DNA from: Bugula neritina
Lineage: Eukaryota > Animalia > Bryozoa
Length of the DNA stretch: 64,000 bases
Direction of reading: 5' to 3'
Assembly (NCBI GenBank): GCA_964035545.1
Contig: OZ037766.1
Span: 31,300,773-31,364,772 of the forward strand
Positions within the stretch are counted from its first letter, which is position 1. Every line of letters starts with the position of its first letter. Positions 14,852 to 29,300 of this stretch are shown here, piece after piece. The notes below the pieces were generated by a model. That model was not told the DNA's origin and did no database searches. It worked only from the letters and a program-made list of their open reading frames with translations. The translations under genes were made by a program, and so were the position numbers.

Positions 14852-17800
14852 ATGGTTTTCAAAAAAGATAGGATCCTGGGTATCTTTTACATTACAGTTG
14901 GATTTGTTTACAACTTTTTAAAAGAATGGCTGAAGCTAGTAGGCAACCCTGCGAGCAGGAAAAAGGTGAGACCACATTTATAACTGATAAAAGAAGCTAA
15001 CTAAAGTGATAGCAATAAGCTTGCTTGCCAATCTTACCAAAACTGGCCTGTGCTTTGAAAAATGTGATTGAGTACTTTTCAACCGATGGTAAACCCATTA
15101 TCGAGTTTTTCTTTGACATATTTTTGTAAAAAAAATCAAGTTAACTGTGGACTTCAGAGTGATAGACTACATCAATTAAATCACTGATAGACATGCATTA
15201 GTCTTCAAAAATAGCATAACGGAATTATTCTTATAATGAGCTGCATATATAGTAACACTATACAGCACTTTGTCAAAAACTCCATCTGCATGTTCCATAG
15301 CTAAATATATAAATAATAATATATGCTGTTGCTGCATAGTTTGAAAGATTTCACGTGTTTCATGAGTTTACTATAGTTGGTTCGTGTTAATAGTATATCA
15401 CCATTATAAATAGGAGGTTAGATTGTAGCGCTGCTGCATAATATATAAACAAAATTCTAGCAAAGTCAGCATACAATTTATATAAGTTCATATTCATAGT
15501 TATAACGGTGTGTTGTGGATGTCTATTTCAGCCTGTTTTACTTTTATATTGTTGTTAAATTTGAGCTCTAAATTTCTGTATCGGTAGATTTAAAAGACTT
15601 ATACGTAACAATTAGTTTGTGATTGTTAAATAGGATATAAAAGGGCTCAATAATTAGAGGCAATATCTGTACATATAGACTTTGTTTTAAAATTTCCTAA
15701 AATAGGATATAACCTCAACATATTCTTGATATCATGAGCTGAGTTAGCAAAGTTTGATATCTGAACAACACTAAAGACCTGTTCACATTTTATTGTTTCT
15801 ATTGCAAGGCAGCCTTTTAGGGTGATGGCCTTTTTAGTAAAGCTGTGTGTTCTAGATGTACATGTGTCCTATAGATGTATGGTTACTAGAGAGACAAATT
15901 ATTTCCACAAATCATAATAACAAATAAGACTTATAGTTAAAAGTTTTTGACCAGTTTATGGATATAGCTCGCAAACACATGGTACTGAAGACATGAACCA
16001 CAAAGGTGCAAAAAATAAAGAGCCTGCATGAGCTACTATAGTACTATAGTAGCTAGATAGGGCTAGCACTAGTACTAGTAGCTAGGTACTAATAATACTA
16101 GTAGCTAGGTACTACTAGTACTAGTAGCTATAGGTACTATATACTAGTACTAGTAGCTAGGTACATACTAGTACTTATAGTAGCTATAGGTACTACTAGC
16201 ACTGGTATTAATAAACTGTAATGATAATCTCATAATAACTACTTTCAAAACACACAACACCTTTTGTGTTTGTACTATTCAGTCAGTTTTTTCAACACTT
16301 TGCTAACAAAACATACAAAACAATACATGGTTAATCCAATCAAAGCCAAAGCAATGTAAAGGTAAATGCAGTCAGCTTTAATAAAATATTCTGGCCAATT
16401 ACAATGATAACTATTGATGGTAATTGCAATCAGTTGCCTAGTATAAATAGTTACAAAAATTAAAACACTAATAAACAAATTGCATCGGTTTTTGATAAAT
16501 CATTAAAATTGCTCTATATATGAGCAGACAGGGTTAGAGTGTTTGCATAGTAAACACAAAGTCGAAAGTTTGAATCCCGGCAAAGGCCATTGGTGATGTT
16601 AGGAAGAGCATCTAGTCATAATTGCTTTTGTGCCTCATCTGAATAAGTTTTTAGCTCTATTTAACAAAAAGCCCTATTCATCAAGTGTTTTCTCACCGGG
16701 AAGGTGACTATAAACTTGGGTGAGTGAGTTTTATATCAAAAGTACTAATATACATGTATAGGCAATGCCATCACATTATTCCTTTTAATAATCTTGACTG
16801 AATGTTAATTGTCTATAGCTTTAACTTTATGATAGTAATATGAAAAGACGACACTGAGGTCTCTGTTGATGTTCAATTTTATGTTCAAATATGACAAATT
16901 CCTTTTCTAAATGGTTGGATTATTATCAGTGATTGCAGCAATTGACTATAGATCTTATTGATCATATTGAATTTTTGGCATGAATTTGAATTTGGCCACC
17001 AGCAGTTTATTCAAAGCATAAGAAAATAATAATAATTATATTACATTTTGGTTTTTGATGGGAAACTCTGATTATTTCCCATTTGAATATAGTTTGGACA
17101 AATACCAGGGCTACCACCACTATATTATACTATAATAGTTGTATATGTACATCAGCGTTACAGTCTGACTCTGTTCCTCATTATATGTGGGAAGGCATAA
17201 GGAGTTCACTTAAAATAGTAAAAGTTGTATAATTAATTCTGCGTATTTCAAACATGGGGGTCCTCATATTTATTTTTTGCAATTTGTTTGGCTAACCCCT
17301 CGCCATACCTCTCATAAATGAAATTACACCAAAACTTCACATAATGCATGTTCATATGCATACAGGTAATTGATAATGTTTCTATTTAACTTCCTATATA
17401 TGCAAATCTACAATGCAATTCTCAGCCTCCTTCTTGATACAGAGTATATGTTCCTCAGACTGTATTATTATATCATTATACACTATAGCTCTTATAAATT
17501 CTTATATACACAGTGATACACTAGCTGAAACTTGCTACTAGCATAAAAAACATTATTCAAAGTCTGTTAAATAACTCAATGTTTATGCTTATCAATCAGA
17601 TATCCTGAATTAGTTTATGTTTTTGGCAGTGAATTCCCCCTTTAACCTCCTTTATAATAAATAACAGCCTGCTTGACGACATAGCCATCGCAAGTATCTG
17701 AAACAAATATAATTTGAAAAATTAGCATAAATCTGTCATTAATGCTTTGCTTTATTTTCTATATCAGATCCATATTTTTGCGTAGACTGTGGCAGAAGCT

Positions 17801-20800
17801 GGTAATTTTTGCAACCACTGGCGTTGACTACTTTTCAAGATGGCCAACTTTATAAACATACCTCCTAATGCGTATAATGATAGTTTAAATTTTGCCTTTC
17901 AGCAGACTGTAGTCCGTAATAATATGCACTGCAATGTCTAGTAAAAAGAGTTTTAGTTGACTATAATTGTGTTTGTTTCATTGTCAGACACGAGCTGGTC
18001 TGAGACTAACCAAGATTCCACGAAGGAAAACTGAAAGTGACACTGACGCACAGAAAAGTAAAGTAAAGGTATTTATTTATCCACTACTTTAAGGAAGAAA
18101 AAATATGAAGCTTACATAATATGATTCAACAATCTTAGTTAGAATTATTTAGAAAAACAGAAAAATGGCTGCTTCACAACGACAAGCAATAGCTACATGT
18201 ATATCAGTGAAGTTTGACCGTTCTTTACTCGCTAGTTATATTCCTCCTACAGTAATGCTACTAAACCCTAAAGACTTCCTTCACTGTCACTGTATTGTAT
18301 TCGATTCCCGCATTAGAAGCTTATCTCCTGTATAAACTCAAAGTAACCACTTAGTTAGCCCCGCTACAACTTACCGTACGATATTGGTAAAACCTTCTAC
18401 AGACTGCTATGGAGTAGCTTTTTACAAACTTGAACTAAATTGGGACAAGTCATTATAGAGATATGTTATAATGACACTTGAAGCAAGTTATCTATTGGAC
18501 TACAGTATGGCATATTATAAAAAAAATTGAGATGCTAAATCATATTATAGACATGATTATAATATTATGAATTTATTCTGCAATATGGCTGCTGAAAATC
18601 GCCTTCAGTTGAGTTTAGACAGTTAAATCTATAATGTCCACTTGAACATACTATTTGTTCAAAGTGATGCAGTATCTAAGTTATTATCATCACAAGCTTT
18701 TAAGATGCAGTGATAAGTTTTTGGCATCTATATATATACAGATTAATCCAATACGCCCTAGGGCATTAAATAGATAGGCATATAGGTTTCATACTAAAAT
18801 CAGCAAACAGGCATGACGGGTTTAAATGGTACAGGGAGAGTAAAATGTTTGGCTACATTAGTGAATCGGGATCTTGCCCTTCAAGTATAGGTCTCATTCT
18901 GTTGTAAAAAGAAAACTTAAATTGGTCTAGACCAAAATGTGGGTTGAGTGTTCTCCGACGTGTTAAATATTAAGTATTAAAAGAAATATAATCAGTAAGC
19001 TGTACTTCATATAAACCAAACTCAATTCTTTTTAGAAAGTTTAAATCTAGGTGTTGTCTTCTTTCTTTAAAATGTTCTATATTTTTTTTTACCATGCACT
19101 CTGAAACACTCTCCACAGGACCGAGTCTGCACGCCCATTTAACAGCCCGTCTCTGAAATGTTTCCACCTTGTCTATTAATCTTTTGATGTAGGGTGACCA
19201 TACCTGACTAGCATACTCAAGAACTGGTCGGACAACCGTATTAAAGGCTATCATTTTTGTCTCGGTACTAGCGCTAAACAGGCATCTTCCAATCATTGCT
19301 AACAATTTGTTTCCCTTTTTAACAGTGTTCATTGTATGTTCATGCCACTTGAGGTCACTTTGAATTTATACACCCCAGTATTTTAGACTGCAGGCTTTGG
19401 GTATGGCATGCCGTTCATAAAAAGCTTAAAACCGGGAAGATTTTTTTCCTAGGGCCGCGTATGCATACATTTGTTTGGGTTAAAACTCATGCCCCATTTA
19501 ACAGACCAGTCATACAACGCTGTTACACTTTCTTGGAGTTTGGATGGTCCACATTCTGTTATGTCCATACCTAACAAAGTATCATCAGCATATAGTCGAC
19601 AATATGAATCATTTACACAGAGTGGCATGTCATTTATAAATAACAAAAACAGAAGAGGCCTTAAACTGAGCCCTGAGGTACACCTGATGTAACAGCAAAT
19701 TTGTGGGACTTCCTACCATTAACCAGTACCATAGATGTTCTAATTGATAGCCACTGTTCAATCCATTTCACTACATTCACATCAAACTTATAGGCTTTAA
19801 TCTTGTGTATTAAAAGTTTGTGTGGGACCTTGTCAAAGGCCTTTGCAAAATCAAAAGACATAAGATGGTATGATTTGTGCTCGGCTAGTGCTTTAGCCGT
19901 ATAGTGGACAACATCAAGCAATTGTGTGGTGGTACTGAACTTTTTGCGAAAGCCGTGTGGGTTATTATTGATGAGGTTGTAGTTATCTATGTGTTGCCAC
20001 ATAGAACTAGCAATAATATGTTCAATCAACTTTGATGTTATGGATGTGAGGCTAATAGGTCTCTAATTTTTTGGCAGATCTCGTCTTCCACTTTTAAATA
20101 TTGGAATTACATTGGCTGTTTTCCAGTCTTGTGGTACACTATTGTGATCTAAACTGGCCTGCATAACTAAAGTGAGGCATGAAAGAAATGTTGGTACATT
20201 TTTACTAAATTCGTTGATACAGTACGAAGATATTTCATCTGGTCCACTGGCCTTTTGAATGTCTAGTTTCTTGATAAGATTGGTCAACCCTTCTATTGTT
20301 ATGTTTAACATGGGCATGACCAGTAATGGTGGTACTTGTAATGCAAAGTCTGGTATGGGGTGAGTGTTGTCTAAAACTGCTCTTTCAAGTTGTTTTTGCC
20401 AATAACAAAGCTGGTCGAATGTAGAGTGTCTACATTCAGCTTCAGTGGAGTTTGGAACATTCTCATCACATATTGTTTAGCATTTTATCAATTACCTTTA
20501 GTGTTTAAAACTCATCATTGAAATTATAGAATGCACAAACTGGTATCAAAATGTGCCATACATTTGAAAATGGCTTCCAGCTCTGCAAGCAATAAGATCA
20601 GTTTGTCAAGTGTTTGCCGTATTGGTAGCCATGTTTATTCTTTATCAGCTTTATGTTATAAAGGAAGTGTAGAGTTGTGCTTTCTTTAAAACCTTATATA
20701 GTGTTGTGGAGTCATGTTGTGAAGAAGTTAAGGCAGCTAGCTGATTGTAAAATAAGTCTATTTTCAAACCCAAACAGAAACAAATTATATAAAGTTTGAA

Positions 20801-23800
20801 ATTTTGTACATCTTTGGACCTTCTTAAGTGTTACTTGCTTTGTTTCAACAAAACACTGACTTATATATAATTTCAGTCAATTAATGTTAGAATTAATTAT
20901 ATTTCAATATGTTTTAGCATTTATACAAGTCAGATGTTGCAAACGGACAATTTATAGGCATTTGGAGCCATCTACCGTCTTTAGGTGAGAATTTCTTTGT
21001 TTAATAATGAATGCTTTTAAAACCATTTCTTTGTTTTATTTGCAGTAAGAATTTTGTATTAGTGACTATGATTAAAGTATATCAGTATTTAAAAAGTAGT
21101 CTCGGCTGTTTCTATCAGATTAGCAACAATTGTAAAATAAAGTATTTGTTTATACAGCTAATATGTATTCCACAACTTTTCTAAGAGCCATTTGTCTAAA
21201 AGAATGCAGCTTTTACAAGCCATATTTTTCCTCTTTCAGTTGATAAGAGCTTTAAGGCTAGTGTGAGATGCTTGCGAGAAATATGCTCCTGTCATCATGG
21301 CTTTAGAGCCACAGCAAGGGAAGTGTATGAGGAGAAAACATCTATAAGGATAAAACAACAGATCGCTGTTTCTAATGTCTTAACTCTAAAACTCTACCTG
21401 GTGAGAAAGCAACTATATGTTAATGGCTGTGACAAACCTGTGTAAAGAAAGATCTTTGTACACTAATATTTGTTATACTTGCTATACTGTATATAATGTG
21501 CACTTAATCAGTCAGGTGCCTGCAGGTGTCATGTGATACCTTATCTGATAACTACGATTCAAGGAAAAGCAATATTCAACACAACTATTAACTAATACAC
21601 GTGACCATACCCCCATACCCGTGCAGGTTAGCTCAAAGCAAATGGCAAAATGCTAGAATTTGTTAGTCCTACACTAAGAAGACATGATGACCAAGTAGTG
21701 ACTATAAATGAGTGCTTGTTTGACTAACTGGCGTAGCTTTCTAGCTTATTGTGGTTGTGGACTGCTCTTCTCGCAGTTATCCACCACTGTACATATGAGT
21801 CCCAGCTAGTTATTTACCACTGAGCTCCAACTAGCTACACACTACTGCATGCAGCAGCACACAACTAGCTATACACGGCCATTCTCTTATATTCCAGCAT
21901 AAACTTGTCTTACGTATATAATATACCTTTTCATTTAAGGAAGATATTTATATGCATGTATACAATGTTACAAACTTCTGTTATTACTCTTTGGTTCTCT
22001 AGTTACAAAATAGTTTATAGTGTGAAATAAGACAAATGTAAACAGAGTGACAGATCAGGTTGCTATGGAAACAAAGCGTCACAGGTTATCTGACATGATG
22101 TTGAGGTCATATGTTTTCCTCGTTAAAATGCCACTTTTACAAACCCATTAAAGGAACTTTTCAATAAAATATGAGATTAGCATTCTTTAGAACAAGCTGA
22201 TTTTATTTTAAGCTTTAAAGCTATTCCCTAGTTCAGCAATTTTAACCAAAATGCATATTTCCTTAACAACACTTACATGGCTTACATTATAACTGTTTTA
22301 ACCAATTTTAAGGCAAATTTACTACTATTTTTGTTGAGTTTTGTGATGCCATTGCCATGAGTAAACAGAATTCTGGGAAAGTTAATAACAATGTATTGTG
22401 GGTAAGCTAGTTTATGTACAAAATGAAGGGAGCACAACTCTCTGTACATATGAATAAACTGTTACTTTTTAACTTGTATCTCAACAATTTTAACAAAACT
22501 CCTGATTGGCTTGCAATACAATTCCCAAGTTTCACAGATGTGGTGATAACTCCAAACATGGATAGCTTGTTTTCGAAAACTAAGATTACTCTATATCTTC
22601 TAATACCAATGAGACCTGTATAATATTATATTAAGTATTAAATCGTATTTTTTCATTCATGCAGTTATGCGCTTATTTGTTCTGGCTAATGACGTCCCAA
22701 GTGCATGAGCAGCGCTACTTGACAGAGTTTGTGCAGGAGAAAACAACCCAAATCATTGTACTAGCCGTCTCACTCTCATGTAGAAAGGATACCTGGCTAA
22801 CGAAGGCTGCCAAGGTATGAGTAAATTCAACACATAGCCAATATATTTAGCCATTTTATATTATTATTAACAGCTATTAAAACTTTTGAAGCCGTTAAAC
22901 TAGTGGGCAGGCGCTAATGAATAGAATAATGTTTATACAACTCACTTGGGCTATAGTAATTGTTATACAATTCGAAGCTCTTGATTGGTTTCTTAGTGAA
23001 AAAAAAATCATTAAATCGTTATTTTGTACAAAAGAAGAGGTGTAATTTTTCAAACCACATGAATATTTGCAAATTTGAATCAAAGTTGATTGCAAAGTTC
23101 TATTCTTTAAGTTTCACAACTACCTACATTTTTAAACCACACGCAATAAAGGTTGCCTTAGTACTACTTCTGAAGCATGTGGCCATTTGAATTTCTTCAA
23201 TACGCCTGCTTCTGTCATTGTATATTATGTCTCAACATTCACTTCTAAACATAATATATCCTAAATCCCGTACATATCAGATTATACTGTTTATTCAAAC
23301 ACTTTCATATTTTCACCACAGTGCCTAAATTATATATATTCCTAATTCTGTTTAAGGTCATTAAAATGCTTTTTAGTTTATTTATATAACAAATAACGTG
23401 GCCAATTTTCTAGTTCTTTTAAAAAAATATATTCATTTAATTTTTCAAATTTTAAAAATAATTTGCATTAACTAAAAACTGCTCAGTAGAGTTTGGTTCA
23501 TTAAAAGCTGTCCAATTTGGATCTCACACTGATTCACATCACTATAAATAATGGCTTGTTTCTGTATCATTCAACGCCCTCTGAAAATAAACTAGGAGTT
23601 GTTCATCCTTATAATATAACAGCCTGTATAATATTAATACTATTCTGAAATATATTTTAGCTGTTGGGTGACGGATTCAATGACTTAAACTACCAGCTTC
23701 ATGCTGGTAAGCATATATAAAGTATCATACCGCCTTTACTAACTTGAGAGACTATCATTTCCTTCCTTCCTTCCTAATAGCTTGATATAGACTACCATAA

Positions 23801-25194
23801 CCCCTTTCCTCATATCAGCAATAGGTTCATAGACTATTACCTCTTTCCTCACATCAGTAATAGTTTAATATATACTACCATAACGCCCTTCTTGATATCA
23901 GTAATAGGTTGGTAGACTACCATAGGCCCTTCTTAATATAGTGTAAATGTAAATAAATAGTAATCACATATGACATAACTCCTACTCTTACTCTCCTGTT
24001 ATTGCTGTGCCCATGCATACGTATGTTCTATGCTAAATATTTAGCAGTAGGTGGCTTGCTGCATTTAAATAGTTGTTTAATAGTTAACAGAACCTTTTTA
24101 TTTTTATTAATCTTTATAAATTTGCAGCTTTTGGTATTTTATAGAGTTAGTAGGCAAATCAGGCGCGAAGGCAACTTTGATGGGAAATCTAAAGTGGATG
24201 ACAGAGATAGGGAACATGAGATTTAATCATGTGGCGCTTGTTTACCCTTCTTCCCTTGATCGACTGGAACCTTCCCCAAACCAAGGACAATCCGGAGACC
24301 CCAAGCAGCCCGGAGGCACCAGTCAATCTGGCCAGCAAGTGAGTGCAAGTACAAGGGCTTAGAATAATTCAAAATGGCTGATCTAATCAGTTGTGAAGGT
24401 ATCAACATTCTGTAGGTTCCAATATACACTTTGTTTTAGGGTCATAGCGCTTATAAGTAGTAATATTGTAATATTCCCATAGTCATATGAGAATAAATTA
24501 CCATTTTAACCGTTGATTGACTTGGTTGGTAAACTAAGATGTTACATAAAAATGCTATTGTCTAGACCTTAAGTACAATGTTGAGAGCACAACTTCCCCT
24601 TGGAATAGAATTGTCATATTATTTTTATAATAAGTTTTAATATAATAGTTTATAATAATTTTTATAACACCAGAAACATATAATTGTTTAGGGCGCGGCA
24701 TCAGAAGCCTCTGTGGAGTCAGCACTGCAACTTGAGGGACCGCAGCTGCTAGCTGGTACAGCTTCTGGCCAAGAGGCTCAACAAGGTGAAGAGGCAGCTT
24801 TAGACACAGAGCGAGAAGAAGTATGGGCCATAACTACATCGCCTGTGGATGAGTTTGATGATGATTTGTTCTTGCCGGTAGAGAACAACCGGGAAGACGA
24901 CTCTGACTTCAGAGAAGAGTTACTCGGAGGTTAGTTGAATCTTTAATAAGAACTCATCAATCTATTTCTTTCTGTGATATTGATGTTGCAGTTCAAAACT
25001 GACGAGAAGTATTTTGTAATTAGTTTGGACGATTTTCATCAAAATGCATAAAATTGGTGATGGAGAAATGCTGATAATAATAATAGGAAGGTGTGAAATA
25101 TGTTTCAGAAGATGGTCCTATCAATCTGGCTACAAAAGGGGAGAATGAGGACTTGACAGGGTTGGGTATAACTCTGAGAAGAAGTGACTCGTAG
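14852..25194 (+). CDS. Orphan multi-exon protein B, paralogue of protein A; LINE inserted in an intron
   Basis: Phase-compatible exons 20918-20984, 21240-21400, 22665-22814, 23661-23706, 24145-24338, 24692-24929, 25109-25194 (EDGPINLATKGENEDLTGLGITLRRSDS*). Tentative 5' exons 14852-14965 (MVFKKDRILGIFY.., resembles the first exon of A) and 17988-18068, both phase 0. Confidence 0.65.
16030..16205. repeat. Low-complexity TAGTAC/TAGCTAG repeat
   Basis: Degenerate units such as ACTAGTACTAGTAGCTAGGT. Confidence 0.75.
16525..16720 (+). mobile_element. tRNA-derived SINE (family shared with 36415-36680)
   Basis: GGGTTAGAGTG...TAGTAAACACAAAGTC..GTTTGAATCCC (A/B boxes) then CCATTGGTGATGTTAGGAAGAGCATC; a homologous copy lies at 36415. 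Confidence 0.65.
18750..20380 (-). mobile_element. 5'-truncated, frameshifted non-LTR retrotransposon (LINE, CR1/L2/Jockey-group-like RT) fragment
   Basis: Four consecutive minus-strand ORFs carry RT motifs KASGPDEIS, ANVIPIFKSG, DFAKAFDKVPH, SGVPQGSV, LYADD and the post-RT RPVLEYASQVWSP motif, separated by frameshifts. Ends approximate. Confidence 0.92.
23770..23940. repeat. Diverged ~42-bp tandem repeat in intron of gene B
   Basis: About 4 copies of a TAGACTACCATAAC..CCT..CATATCAGTAATAGGTT-like unit. Confidence 0.7.
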
Positions 25195-28160
25195 ATCACC
25201 TCACTAGGAAAATGTTAAACAAAGCATTTTAACCTTTTGTTGTATTCCTTATTTATAAATTGAGAAACATAACTGTGGGTAATCAATATGCTAGCAAAAA
25301 ATCTCAAAACACTGTGTATTTGGAAAGCTGAAGTGATAAATTAATGCAAAACTGAAAAGAACATAAATGAGTATTACATACTTAAAGGTGCCTGTCCCTT
25401 GGGAGAATTCAGCATGACTATCAGTAGCTCTTCCCTTCTATTTATCACTCGCTTGCATAATGCAACATTTTTTAGGATGCACAGCTTTACAAAGAATGCT
25501 TAAAATTCAACATGAACTAAACTCAACATTTTTCTATAGTTTACAAGTCTAAATGTAGGTTCAGCAAAGTGTGTTTTGCGGGGTCATGGTAATGAAATGT
25601 AGACTAAGATCAGTGCTCAGCCTGGCACCAACAACTATAACCAAGTGTTGGTGCCCAGGCTATCTAGCATCTATACTACACAGTTTGGGGTATTTTCTAG
25701 CCATTAGAGGCAATAATATGTGCATAAATTGCTGTCCTTCCCTTAGTTTACTTATATAAGATGTTTGAAAGCAACTGCAGTTGCAGTACACGCTTTTCAG
25801 GTCAAATGCAAAGGCTTTAACTACCTAAAAGCTAAGATTAGAAAAATGATATGCAGAGTTTACTGTTTAAGCATTCAAACACTTTAGAGAAATGTGAAGT
25901 AAATCAGATTATTGCCAGTATTGCTTGTTGGTATTTTTGTTATAGCAATTAAATTGTATGTAGGAGATTTATTCACATTGACCTTTAGTGTTGGAACGGC
26001 TTCAGTCGTGTGATCAAGGTACTTCGTTTATCATGTAAATGTTATCACATGATAGGTTTGGAAAGTGCATCTAGGAAATTCAGTTGTTAATTTTATAGTC
26101 TCTCATTTCCATGAGTTTCTAATAAATATTTACATTATGTATAACTCGTAATAACTTTATAGCTTTCTGAATACACAGTGTTTTGAGTCAGCTTGTTTTA
26201 TTAATAAAAGTTTACTCAATCCTCAGGAGTTGTTCAACTTTCTTACTAAATTTAATTTTTATATAAAATAAATATATCTATTTTAAATAATTTGTGTTAG
26301 AAATTATAAAATTATGTTTTGTGATGTTCATCACTAATAATTTGTGTCATTTATTTTTCACTGGTTATAAAAATATAGTTTTGCAAAACATGTTAACCAG
26401 TTCTATAGAGTTTTCTCATACTCCATTAATACACAATTAGAAATCTATTGTATAGTGAACAAACCACACACTAAAGATCGAAATAAACTAATCGTATTCA
26501 ATCACATTAGCTCAGAACTACAAGAGTTCATAATAGTTCACTTTTGTCTGAGTAAAAGCTCATTATATATAAGATAGAAAAAGTTTTCCGTCACACTTAC
26601 AATTTCTAGAAGTGGTAGATTATTGTATTGTTTACAAATTTGGTCAGCCAATTTAAATAATACTTCTAATAAGCTTATGGGAAAATTTCAATATTTTTGT
26701 GGCATATAAGATACCACATACATAAATCAATGAAATGATACAGGAGTTGTGTTCTCTAATTTATATAGACTGAGGGTGTTAGGAGTTTTTAGACTGCATG
26801 GGAATTACTTGATTCAAATTTTTTTAGCAAATTGTTGATGCATTTTTTTATTACAGTAAGTTAAAATAACAATAAACAACAATTGTGAATAAAATAATTG
26901 TTTATAAAATTGTTATCATAGGTATGACAACTTCCCACTAAATAATATTGGGGATGCAACTCCCAATTTTAACGTATAGATATAGTATGCTCTGTTATTT
27001 GACCAAGCACCCTGTACAGACTTTAGAGATTAAGCTACATGAGCAGGTGCTTGTGGGTTTATATCTACATAACTATTCAACCACAACTAAACCATGTCTC
27101 AAATATATATAACTAACTCGTCATACATGCAGTTACAACATTTTAGTACACATAAATACTGTATGTACAATTTAAATGCTGCACAAGCAATGTAAACGCT
27201 GTACATACAATGTAAATACTTTATGTATACAACATAAATGCTGTACATACAATTTAAATGCTGTACATACATATAAATACTGTACATACTGCATAGAGGT
27301 ATATGGTAGATTTTAAATTAGCACATGCAAATATTATAAACCAACACACTTAACCTAAGAAATTTAATAGATATGTAAATTTAATTTGCAGTAAAATTAG
27401 AATATAAATATTATTAAAAAAAATTAAGCACATTATATGCATCTGCAAGCAGTTCTTTATAATCATTGTAATATTATGTTAATACGTAGCAACAAAAATA
27501 AAGGAAAAATAAAACAAATATACCATGACTTACCAGAATTCTGATTGTTTCCAGATTGTTAATCTTTTTATGCCATGATCTAAATTAGAAAATGAATATA
27601 GTTACAGTTTATATAAAAAGAAATAAACGTGATACACATTTAGTTACATATACAATATAACATTATCTTTATTAATTCCAAATTAACTGTTATAATTGCT
27701 TCTTCTTCGCAGCTGCAAGCATTTGTTCTGTCATTCTTCTGCAGTTATAAATATAAAATGCTAAGCTATCTCTTTCAGCTACCTCAAACAATGTAGCTCA
27801 AACTGGTGGCAGTACAGAACTGGTCTTTTGCGGTGTCAATAGCTGCTACTGCTTTGTACTGAGACTAAGACTAAATGCTTTCAGAAAAGGACTATGACTA
27901 ATGAAGAAAAATTCATGAAGTTCTAGGAAACATAAGCAAAGAAATGATATTATGTTTCATTCATTGACACCAAAGCATTTTTTTGACATTGAGTCAGTTA
28001 TAGAACTGAATAGATTTTGCCTTCAATAATTTAAAAATTTTATTTAAATTGCATGGCTTGATCGAGTACAATGCAATTATGGAACAAAAAGATGAGATGA
28101 CTCATATATACAAGTTATAGCCATTAAAACCTGCTGAACAGTAAGCTGTGAATCTGAAAA

Positions 28161-28302
28161 TGTGCGTGTGTGCATGTGTGTGTGTGTGTCCGCGCATGTG
28201 TTTGTGTGTGTGTGCGTGCGAGTGTGTGTGCGTGTGTGTGTGTGTGTGTGTGCGTGTGTGCGTGTGTGCGTGTGTGCGTGTGTGCGTGTGTGCGTGTGTG
28301 CG

Positions 28303-28337
<35 letters not shown>
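28161..28337. repeat. (GT)n/(GTGTGC)n microsatellite
   Basis: Seen directly; explains the HT/CV-repeat ORFs. Confidence 0.97.
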
Positions 28338-28901
28338 ACACAAGTAATGGAGAGCTAGAGTTTATACTGTTGTCTCCGCAGAAACCACCTGTAGATAATA
28401 ATGGTAGTTATGTGTATTATTTGAAAATAATGTCTTTTATGTAAGAAGGTAAATTGGTAGTAAACTATAAGTAGAATGAAATGGTGTGAAAATCATTTTT
28501 ATTCTATTAAAATGGTAGATATTTGACAAATATGTATATAAGTATAAGAAGGTATTTTATACTGCACACAGTGTGTGTAGATCTTCACTACTACAGCATC
28601 TACAAACAGTGCGGAACACACGTCAAGTAAGAAACTAAATGTTATACTTCACTTCTTGGCTGACATTATGTAGTTTGATATAATAAAATGTTCTAGCTGA
28701 CGGGGTATAAATTCAGTCATATATAACTCATAGCTGTCTAAAACTTGCCTTTGAAAGCCTCTATTATATATATAATAGTATCATTGCTACTATACAATCA
28801 CAAAATATATTATGTACTTTTTGTTTTATGTGTTTGAAATCTTGCAAGAATTTTTCAAAAAACACCTACTTTGTTTGGTGCTTGTAGATATCGGACTCAA
28901 T

Positions 28902-29300
28902 ATGAAACTTCAAGCTGTTTTATTAGCTGTCATTATAGTCATCATCTCATTGGGTAAGTAGAAATTCGCTCCATGTTATTTCAATAACCAATAATACTTT
29001 TATATCTAAACATTTTATAAGTTCTTTCTTTAAAAAAGACCACTTAATAAAGTCATTTTCAACAGTATTTTTACCAGATGAAGATTTGCAAATTTGATCA
29101 TTGTAATGTTCCTATATGTTACAAGAGTGATTTGAATGGGATGACAAACTTGAGTAAAACTTTCAATAGATTCGATGACGGAGGGTTGGAGAATTACATC
29201 ATCTCCCACTGTGTGCAAGAAGCATTGTAAAAGGAGAGGGTATTCACAGTATAGCGTAACCGTCACACTTTGTCTTTGTGGTAAATCAGCAGACGAGTGA
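28902..29300 (+). CDS. 60-aa secreted cationic cysteine-rich peptide, defensin-like (CxxxC...CxC)
   Basis: Exon 28902-28953 (MKLQAVLLAVIIVIISL, G|gtaag) joins exon 29170-29300 (tag|AT..) in phase 1 to give MKLQAVLLAVIIVIISLDSMTEG-WRITSSPTVCKKHCKRRGYSQYSVTVTLCLCGKSADE*. AATAAA at 29430. Confidence 0.8.

Noticed and set aside
17768-17801. Extra micro-exon (SIFLRRLWQKL) for gene B
   Set aside because: Needs a phase-2 upstream donor that I could not identify.
28077-28444. HT- and CV-repeat ORFs
   Set aside because: Translation of the (GT)n microsatellite.
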